Of a stretch of 61,905 nucleotides of DNA, positions 53,926-61,905 are shown piece by piece. The notes beneath the pieces were generated by a model that saw only the letters and a program-made list of their open reading frames with translations, did not search any database and was not told where the DNA came from. A program made the position numbers and the translations under genes. The stretch covers positions 1-61,905 of the forward strand of contig JAANOX010000197.1 in assembly GCA_020184695.1 (NCBI GenBank), given 5' to 3'. The first letter of the stretch is position 1, and each line of letters begins with the position of its first letter. The stretch comes from Histomonas meleagridis 2922-C6/04-290x (taxonomy: Eukaryota; Protista; Parabasalia).

Positions 53926-54843
53926 TTAAAAAGATGATTTTGTAACATGTAAGCGTGCAAGAAGTGCAGCTTCTTGAGCTGACAAAGCATTGGTGTTTTC
54001 CTTTATGAATTGTTTAGGATCCACCTTGCCGACATGTCTGAGCTCGTAATCGGACTTCTTCATTGTTGCCTCCTCTAAGATACTTTTTCTATAGTTTTCG
54101 GCGGTTGCGGTCAAATTCTTCAGAATTTCCAAGTTTTTCTTATCGTTCTTCTGGAATGATGGGATTTCAAACCCTGTTGACCACGTTGGTCTGTGGAGAG
54201 ACTGAAGCATATGCTGCTCATGCTCATTCATTTTGAAAACAATTGGCATTTCATAGAAAGTGAGATTGAGACCACATTTCTGCGTTTTAGCGGATGGGGT
54301 AACTGTATGTCCAATAAAGGACGTCTTTTCGCGTGGATCTTGGATTTTGATTGGCTTATTGCTGAGAAGCTCAAGAGGATTTCGAGGAATATTGCGGAAA
54401 GCACCAATGACAACTTTCCCTCTAACACTTAAAACAGGGTCAACAACAACGGCAACGGCTCTTTGGTCAAGCTTTTCTTGTGAATCTTGATTTGCACAAT
54501 CTACATCTGAAAGCCAAACATCAAAACCAGGGTGAGAGTGATACCAACCTACTGAAACTAAATCGTTATAACCACTTTGTTCTAAAAGCCTCATCATAGA
54601 ATATTGAAATTTTTCATCTGTAGTTTCAACACTAATTCCTGTTGCTATTTGAGGTGTTGGAAATACGTCAAAAATTTCTATTGTAAATTCATCAATTTTG
54701 TGTCCTAACATGATTCCGATTACTTCTAAAGGAATTCCTGCTTTCCCGTGTTTGAGCATTTTTAAAAGGGAAATACCATTGATAAGAATTTTTTCAGATG
54801 TATCGCATTTTCGAGGAGGTCTTTGAGCCAATCCAAAATTCAT
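53926..54843 (-). CDS. RPN11: 26S proteasome lid deubiquitinase Rpn11/PSMD14
   Basis: LLKMLKHGKAGIPLEVIG and JAMM motif GWYHSHPGFDVWLSDVD. Confidence 0.95.
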   Translation of the reverse strand: MNFGLAQRPPRKCDTSEKILINGISLLKMLKHGKAGIPLEVIGIMLGHKIDEFTIEIFDVFPTPQIATGISVETTDEKFQYSMMRLLEQSGYNDLVSVGWYHSHPGFDVWLSDVDCANQDSQEKLDQRAVAVVVDPVLSVRGKVVIGAFRNIPRNPLELLSNKPIKIQDPREKTSFIGHTVTPSAKTQKCGLNLTFYEMPIVFKMNEHEQHMLQSLHRPTWSTGFEIPSFQKNDKKNLEILKNLTATAENYRKSILEEATMKKSDYELRHVGKVDPKQFIKENTNALSAQEAALLARLHVTKSSF

Positions 54844-55093
54844 TAATTATGTAAATTATTCAAATTTCATTTTTGACCAATTTTACAACGATTGTATTGC
54901 ATACAAATCAGATGATTTTGATTTGAAAATGATCGTTTATTTCTTTTCCCAACAATTTATAATTGTTCAATTTTAACCTTTTGGAATTATTTTGTAAGTT
55001 ATGTGTATCACATTACTTCTCTTTTAAAAAGATGAAACCTTTGATTAGTATCGTTTTTATTTGATATTTCAACAAAAGTTTGTTAATGTGTAA

Positions 55094-55927
55094 TTACAAA
55101 ACAACATCAATTTGGTACTCATCTTCAATTTCGTCGTTGTCGCAAATTCTTTGTTCGACATCAAGAGGTTCTCCATCGAAATAAGCTTTTGCATTTGGAT
55201 AACCAAGTTTGGTAAGAACCTCTTTAAACGTTGTAGTTGGATCAATAGAAAGCTTTTTACGATCTCCTTTTGGAAGAAGGAACGACAATTTACGGTATCC
55301 TTTACTACTTTTCTTATCCATTACAAGATAAACCTGAGAGTAGTCATCAATGATTTCTTCTAAAACATTAGCTGGGTTATATTCTGTGCCATCAATAACA
55401 ACATTATAATCTTCTTGGTATTCCTCTGGTATTACCTTTTTGAATAAGTCAATAAATTTTTCTCCACTATGCAGAATACATTGTGTATTGAAGCCTCTGC
55501 TTTCACATTTGAAGAAAAGCATTTTGTCTCCCTCCTTTTTTTCAAATGAAGAATCAATTTCAACATCAGAATCAGAATTAGTTTCCTTAAGTAACTGAGC
55601 TATATCGTTCTTTAATAAAGATGCTTCTATTGCAATCTGATTTAATTTTCTTTTTTCATCAGAGATTAATTTGCTTTCAACATAATTATATTGCATATCT
55701 TGATCTTCGGGAAGAACAGCATATGGTTCTGGTACCACTTTGCTAGGAGGAGGGATAATTTCGATTTGTTCTTCTGGATCAGGTTTTGGATTTTTTTTTT
55801 TTTTAGGTTTTGCAGGTGTTTGTGCAGAAGAAGAAGATATTTGGATGTCACCATCATCGCTTATTTCAGATTCGCTAACTGCATCGGAGTTGAGCCAAAA
55901 ATCAAGTTCGTCCTTATTATCACTCAT
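55094..55927 (-). CDS. Rad60/Esc2/NIP45-like protein with acidic N-terminus and tandem SUMO-like domains
   Basis: C-terminal YFDGEPL....I...DEIEDEYQIDVVL is the Rad60-SLD2 pattern; a second Ubl-like unit precedes it. Confidence 0.55.
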   Translation of the reverse strand: MSDNKDELDFWLNSDAVSESEISDDGDIQISSSSAQTPAKPKKKKNPKPDPEEQIEIIPPPSKVVPEPYAVLPEDQDMQYNYVESKLISDEKRKLNQIAIEASLLKNDIAQLLKETNSDSDVEIDSSFEKKEGDKMLFFKCESRGFNTQCILHSGEKFIDLFKKVIPEEYQEDYNVVIDGTEYNPANVLEEIIDDYSQVYLVMDKKSSKGYRKLSFLLPKGDRKKLSIDPTTTFKEVLTKLGYPNAKAYFDGEPLDVEQRICDNDEIEDEYQIDVVL

Positions 55928-56413
55928 TCGGACGTTTAGTGCATTCTCAAAAACCGCGCCAAAAGGAAAACTTTTTGTTAGAAGAATTTATAAAACAGTC
56001 AATTGAGATTTTTGCCGATGTATCTAACGCTCCTTTAACGTTCATCTTATAGGATGTCTAGTATTGAAAAATTTAATAAGTATCAATCAATATATATGGT
56101 AATACAAAAACATTTCAACAATAAAACAAATCAATATAAAGCTTGATACACTTGAATTAAGCACATTCTCAAAATCTTCTCGAATATTAATATATGTTTA
56201 TTATATATGTAAATTTATATCGACACGAATTATATGTTGGGATAGATTTTTTTATATTTTTGTGTATGCAATCTGTTCTCTATAAGAATGTTTTTTTTCT
56301 CTTTTTGGAGTTTTATTTTTTTTTGATAAGTTTACAAATGGTAAACGTTAACTTGTAATTATTTGGAACCCCCGATGCTTCGTTCAAAAAGTTGAAAAAA
56401 GTATGCATTCAAA

Positions 56414-57013
56414 ATGGAGGACGACAATGGCGAATCAATAAAAGTTGTTCTTCTTGGCAATACAGGCACAGGAAAAACCACGCTACTTCTACAGTGGACT
56501 GAAAACAGAGTCGAAACAAAACAGCGACCAACGATTGGTACTGCCATGAAAACATATATATTTAAAAACGGAAATCGACAATACACAATACAGGCGTGGG
56601 ATACTGCAGGACAAGAAGAATTTCGTTCTCTATCACCACTTTATTGTAGAAATTGCAAGTCAGCCATGCTTGTTTATGATATAACATCCAAAGAATCATT
56701 TAATAGTTTACCTGAATGGATCGACATACTAAGTTGTCAGGGTATTAACAAATTCGTGGTTGTTGGAAATAAAAGCGATTTAGCTGCACAGAGAGAAATC
56801 AGTTTTGGCGATGGACTAAATTTTGCAACTTCATATTCAGCAAATTTTTACGAAACAAGCGCCTTACAAAACAAATTTGTTAACGAAGCATTTGTAAATT
56901 TGTCCACGCTTGCAATAGAATCTATGTCAGCAGTGGCTGAACACCCAAACGAAATCACGCAAAATGACACCGAATTTCATTCTTACAAAGGAAGTACCAA
57001 ATGTTGTTGTTAA
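56414..57013 (+). CDS. Rab-family GTPase
   Basis: GNTGTGKT, WDTAGQE, NKSD, ETSA and terminal CCC. Confidence 0.92.
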   Translation: MEDDNGESIKVVLLGNTGTGKTTLLLQWTENRVETKQRPTIGTAMKTYIFKNGNRQYTIQAWDTAGQEEFRSLSPLYCRNCKSAMLVYDITSKESFNSLPEWIDILSCQGINKFVVVGNKSDLAAQREISFGDGLNFATSYSANFYETSALQNKFVNEAFVNLSTLAIESMSAVAEHPNEITQNDTEFHSYKGSTKCCC

Positions 57014-57509
57014 ATAAATAAAATCACTTAATGTTTTTGAATATATAATTTTATACATGAGTGTGATACATTTTTTGTGTCGTCATGACATTAAAAATTT
57101 CTGTTGCATTGTATTTGCAAATGTATTTTTCAATATTAAAGTGTATTTCCGATTAATTAAATAATTACATGTTACTTCTTATAAGAAATTGGTTAAAATG
57201 TTTTACATGATTTTTGTGAAGTTCGTATAGTAACTAAGATTGTACGTAATCATTCATCATTAATTATGAAATTGTGATTCTTTTAAATTTTTCATATATA
57301 ATGAAGCAATTTTCTTTTATTAAATGAAATGATATATATCATTATATATTGATGATTTATCAAATTAGTTCAACTCCTCATTTTTCATCTTTATTTTATC
57401 CTAATAAATTCACAATGAAACATGTGCACCTTAAAACAAGCGAATAAACAATTTATCAATTTTTATTTACATTAAAATATATTTTACTCATATAAAAATG
57501 CACTAAATC

Positions 57510-59294
57510 CTAATGGAAACTTCTATTCATTGAAGCTCTTGAAGAAGGTCTCGAATTTTGTTGTTTCCCTTTCACGATTTCAATTTCTCTTCCGATTGTT
57601 GGCGACAATCTTTTCACTATTTCGACTATTTTTTGTTGCGGCATTCTATCATCGAATGCGATTAATTCTTTTATTGCGTTACTTTTAGTTTCTTGTTTTG
57701 TTAATCTCTTTAATATGTTCAAGAAGTCGTCCAAATCATTTGTTTCCTCTTCATCGCTATCAATATCTATACCTTCGTCGACTTCGTTTTGTTGAACATT
57801 TAGTGATGAAAGTAATTCTTCTTGATAATGTGACTGCTCAATGTCCATAAGTTTTTGTTGCTCCAATGAAACAATCTCGGCAAGTAATGACCTGCAAAGT
57901 ATAGCTCTAATGTCATCTTTACGTAATGTGCTTTGTCCGATGATTGACTTCGCAAATATTCGAAGTTGTGATAAGTAATTCGGAGTTTGACTAACAGCTA
58001 TAAGTGAGACGCCGATGTTAAACATTTGGAACGAAAATGAGCGACGCGTTTCTGTTTCAATATGATTATCTATAAACTCAATTAATGATTCAAACATATG
58101 TAAACTGGTACTAATGGAAACTAATATAAATCCAATTGAATTGAGTGCATCAGTAAATTCAACTGGACATTGAAGAGAAAAGTCACATAATAGTGTAAGT
58201 AATGAGATAAGATCTTCATTTTCGACAGAGGATGATAAAATTGGTTCAGATAAAAAAGCATATGTACAATATAAAAGATATCGAAGATGTCGTGGGTCTG
58301 TCGGAAAACCTTCGAACTCAGCATAGATAAAGTCAAAAATACTACGAGCTTCATCTGAATCATTTGGATTAGTTTTAATGTGAAGAATTTCTTCTTGGAG
58401 AACCGTTATGGGATCGGCGTGACTCAAATTTGAAGGCCTTTGCGAAAATTTTGAGAGAAGAAGTTTTGATTCGTGTTGAACAAGTGAATTGTCACTTTTT
58501 GACAATTCTTGAAGTTTTGTTTTGATTTTACTGATATCTGAAAGTTCTTTCAGCTCTTCAAATATTGTTGATATTATTGCATTATGTTCAAGTTTTATCG
58601 ATTCAAGAAGTGCTTCAGAATAATCTTCTTCAGAACTATTTCTCTTTATTTCATGAAGAAGCTCAGTAAATGCATCACTTTGTGTCGCAATGCACCATAA
58701 AATTATTGGAGTAATGATAAATACTTCTTTTGTTGTTAAAAGTTTATCACATTTTCTAAGATTATTCAATAAAAGTAGTAATGACGCCTGTGAAACACTT
58801 AGGTGTCTTCCAATGAATTGTATACAACACCAACGAATTACAATATCAACAGAATTAATAAAATTGTTTGGCTTACTTTCAAATATATCTCCTAAAATCG
58901 AAACAGCAGATAATCTTTGAGCACTCTGGTTAGAAAGGAGTAAGTATGATACATTATCATCAAACACGTCTCGGATGTCAAGTGACAATTGATGAGAAAA
59001 TGCGCGAAACGTCAATACATCAGTTAACAAACGAAAGCCGTCATCGGCCTTGAGCTCAGATTGTCTGGTTTTGCGAGAAAATGCAGATGTATTCACAATA
59101 TAATTACACTGAATAGGTTTGGAAGGCTTCTTCTCCTCTGTTTCATCAACTTTTGGTTCTTTAGACTCTTCGTTAGACTTTGAAGAAGATTTCTCAAGGA
59201 GATTGTCAACAATTTTTCTTTGTGATAATGTGAATCTGCTCTTATTGGAAGCAAGAGAATTAATAAAGAGATTGTTTTTTATGATTTCTTGCAT
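57510..59294 (-). CDS. HEAT/TOG protein resembling the C-terminal part of XMAP215/CKAP5
   Basis: VDIVIRWCCIQF...LTTKEVFIITP resembles the TOG5 LDLILKW.TLRF...LTE.EA..FIP segment; ILKRLTKQETKSNAIKELIAF resembles the CKAP5 C-terminal domain. Confidence 0.55.
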   Translation of the reverse strand: MQEIIKNNLFINSLASNKSRFTLSQRKIVDNLLEKSSSKSNEESKEPKVDETEEKKPSKPIQCNYIVNTSAFSRKTRQSELKADDGFRLLTDVLTFRAFSHQLSLDIRDVFDDNVSYLLLSNQSAQRLSAVSILGDIFESKPNNFINSVDIVIRWCCIQFIGRHLSVSQASLLLLLNNLRKCDKLLTTKEVFIITPIILWCIATQSDAFTELLHEIKRNSSEEDYSEALLESIKLEHNAIISTIFEELKELSDISKIKTKLQELSKSDNSLVQHESKLLLSKFSQRPSNLSHADPITVLQEEILHIKTNPNDSDEARSIFDFIYAEFEGFPTDPRHLRYLLYCTYAFLSEPILSSSVENEDLISLLTLLCDFSLQCPVEFTDALNSIGFILVSISTSLHMFESLIEFIDNHIETETRRSFSFQMFNIGVSLIAVSQTPNYLSQLRIFAKSIIGQSTLRKDDIRAILCRSLLAEIVSLEQQKLMDIEQSHYQEELLSSLNVQQNEVDEGIDIDSDEEETNDLDDFLNILKRLTKQETKSNAIKELIAFDDRMPQQKIVEIVKRLSPTIGREIEIVKGKQQNSRPSSRASMNRSFH

Positions 59295-59395
59295 TTTGTC
59301 CTTTAAAATATGACTTTTTTCATCAAGGCATTGAATGATAAAAACATCAATAAGACTCCACTCGGGTTCTGTAATTTTGTCAATGTGACTTTTTA

Positions 59396-60082
59396 CTATT
59401 TGTATAATTTCGAGTTTTCCATTGGCATTAAATCCGTTGGATTTCTCAGCAACAAGTTGAAGGAATGGTTGTAATGGATGATCAGTAAATAAAATTTTCT
59501 TTTTTCTTCACATATTGTAATATCAACACTTGGTCTTCGGAAAGGTTGTCCTTTTGAAAGTAATTCTGCTATACTGGAAAATAAAGAATTTACATTTTCT
59601 CCAGTCAATGCTGATACTTCTTTGAATACATGAATACCATTAGCTCGCGCATATTCCTGTCCTTCATTTGTAGAAACAATTCGACGATCAGCAAGATCAA
59701 TTTTATTTCCCGCTAATCCTATATAAATATCATTAGGACCTTTTTCACGTAACTCTTTTAGCCATGAGCTAACATCTTCAAATGTGTTTTTAGAACAAAC
59801 ATTTATAAACATCGTAAATGTATCAGGCTTATCTGCATCATGAAAGTACATTGGTGCCATTGCACGATATCTTTCGGCTCCGCCTGTATCCCAGATCTGT
59901 AATTTTACTTGTATTCCATTAACCTCAAATGTTTTTGACATAAAAGATGCACCGATTGTTGCGGTACTATTTTCAAGGAACATTTCTCTTGTTAATCTAA
60001 CAGCGATAGAAGACTTCCCAACAGTTGAAGAACCAAGGAGAACTAATTTGGATTCTTTGATATTACTTGCGAGTTTGCTCAT
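59396..60082 (-). pseudogene. Rab5-like GTPase with degenerate motifs and no prenylation motif
   Basis: GSSTVGKSS, TIGASF, WDTGGAERYRAMAPMY and NKID; beta4 region garbled and no C-terminal Cys motif. Confidence 0.65.
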
Positions 60083-60428
60083 GTGTCACTTTTCATTGGT
60101 TTTGATTCAAACTGAAGTTTCCAACAGCAGTAAAAAATCGAATTGAATTTCTATGGAAAAGTTGTTACTTTTTAAAGATCAGCTCAAATTTTATGCAAGC
60201 ATAAAAATTTTCATCATCATTTAAAATAAAAATATAAAATTAAAAACTTGACTTTTTGTTCTGTGTCTTAAGAAAAATTATTTTTGGAAAATATTGTTGA
60301 GATATTGATCTATTTTCAAGTATGGACAAAGGAAGTTTCAGCTTGAAACGTTGAAACTTTAACGTCTTTTAACGTACTGTACACATTTTTTTCAGATGGG
60401 AAATAAATGACGTTAAAGATTTAGTTTT

Positions 60429-61200
60429 ATGTTTGCTTCTTCAAGTATAACATTCACTAAGCCTAAACAAGGAAATACACAGATGCTTTCTGATGTTAAG
60501 TCAAAGAAGAATATTCTAGATCAAAATGGAAAGGTTACTACAAGACGCCGCAGATCAACAAGAAAAATTAAATTTAATCCAAGACGAATTGGTAAGCCAA
60601 GCAACATGCAAGATGCTTATGATTTTGTACTTGAAATATATGATTCATGGTCGTAAACATAGGCCGGATAAATGAGAGGCAACCTCCAGCATTATATGAT
60701 TTGAACTTTAAAGCCAAAAACACGTAAAGTTCTTATTGATTTCTTTAATCGGAATTCACAAAGAAATGGAATAGTACATTGATATTTCTTTATATCTCTG
60801 CTGTTACAATATTTGATCTTTATCTTCAAAGAACAAAGTTAAAGAGTCAGACTTAGCATTAATTTTTCATGCACTTTCACTCTTAATTGCATCTAAGAAT
60901 GAAGTTAGTCGCAAACACCTGTAAATGACGATTTTGTATACCTTGTCTGGAGTATGCACTTTAGTTCGGATGATATGAATAGAATGGAATTCCAAATCCT
61001 TCAATCCCTTTGATTTTAATGTTAACGTAATTCATTCATTCATCTTCAGCATTCTTGGTGATATGCTAATACCACAGTTAGGCTTTCAATGATAGCGCAT
61101 TTATAAATGAAGTTTTATTACTTAGTCAAATAGATCTGATTGAACATATCACTGCAGAAACCGCAGCAAACTTGTGAGTGTTTATAGAAAATATTTTAGA
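60429..61200 (+). pseudogene. Cyclin (A/B-type cyclin box) remnant
   Basis: Fragments in different frames: KPKTRKVLIDFF, LLIASK.E, DDFVYL and RMEFQILQSLDF; multiple stops and frameshifts. End approximate. Confidence 0.7.
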
Positions 61201-61608
61201 CCAGTGAATCATACAATGGAAAGAAATACTGATAATATGGTTTGTATCATTACCGATGATTTCAAAATTATCAAAATATTCAACCGTGATTCAATATATT
61301 GCCTTCAAGTTTTTTGCTTCCTTCCCAGAACTATTTTATGTAAGCAAGATAAGCCTCTCCCAAATCGGAGCAGTTCCTAATAAAATCTTTTGTATTTTTC
61401 ACCATTTCCCATGATGTTTCAAATAAATGTGCCGTTCAGAAGTTAGAAAATTTTTTTACTACTTATATTCTCTTGGTGTACTAAATTTTAATGTATAAAT
61501 AATTAGCAAACATTTGATTCTCATACTTAGTCAGAGTTGCTATGAAGATTTTATATTTTTTTAAGACAGCCTAAGACTGTTCATGACAATATTTAAATAT
61601 TACCAAAT

Positions 61609-61881
61609 TTGTTGATGTCTCAAATTAAAAATGAAGATGCAGCGCCGATTTTTGTTTATGGCAAAATAAACGGTTTCAGCAACCAAAAGATGTCTCAAGA
61701 TATATCAATCGAAGATATCAAGGAAACTTCAGAGATTGAAAAATTACGGGAAATATGTATTTCTATTTTTAACACAAATGAAAAATTAAAATTAGAAAAT
61801 TCAAAGTACCAAAATGAAATACAGCCCCTAAAAAATAATTTAGCAGAAATAAAAGAAAGGCAGCAAAAACACAGCTATTGA
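61609..61881 (+). CDS. Short coiled-coil ORF or gene fragment
   Basis: Heptad-like EIEKLREIC...LKLENSKYQNEI; non-ATG track start. Confidence 0.35.
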   Translation: MLMSQIKNEDAAPIFVYGKINGFSNQKMSQDISIEDIKETSEIEKLREICISIFNTNEKLKLENSKYQNEIQPLKNNLAEIKERQQKHSY

Positions 61882-61905
61882 GCACACAACTAATCCATAA
61901 TAATG

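Noticed and set aside
1-61905. tRNA or rRNA genes
   Set aside because: No cloverleaf with T-loop GTTCRA context or rRNA-like conserved GC-rich block was recognised by eye. A tRNAscan-SE/Infernal run would be needed to exclude small RNAs.

Overview
AT-rich eukaryotic DNA, most consistent with a parabasalid (Trichomonas/Tritrichomonas-like). The assignment is an inference from BspA-like LRR surface genes, DUF3447/ankyrin genes, four Rab genes and 23-24 nt introns ending TCTAAC..CAG. Bases 1 to ~11,975 are the right-hand part of an endogenous Polinton/Maverick-like DNA virus. It carries a poxvirus A22-like RuvC resolvase, a compact family-B polymerase with a vOTU-like domain (three in-frame stops), a bacteriophage-type tail-fibre protein, two penton-like proteins, an A32-like packaging ATPase and an HNH nuclease. 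It also has its own promoter-like motifs and three copies of a non-coding module; two copies contain 30-bp inverted arms and 52-bp-phased direct repeats. Bases ~12,000-25,000 are an accessory region with a fold-back inverted repeat, ankyrin/DUF3447 remnants, an SDE2-like pseudogene and three BspA-like genes, two sharing a 99%-identical 690-bp cassette. Bases 25,000-61,905 are host genes: Ubc12-like, Vps18-like, alpha/beta hydrolase, Rabs, SAC1-like, EF-hand, MMS2, 3R-Myb, longin, a p97-like protein with ~47 DPF motifs, Nop15, RING, SmD3, Rpn11, Rad60-like, an XMAP215 C-terminal-like gene and a cyclin remnant. A complete TIR/TA-TSD-bounded DD35D Tc1/mariner-superfamily transposon in this region carries a Maverick-type integrase fragment. 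All family assignments are from motif recognition by eye; no database searches were run.
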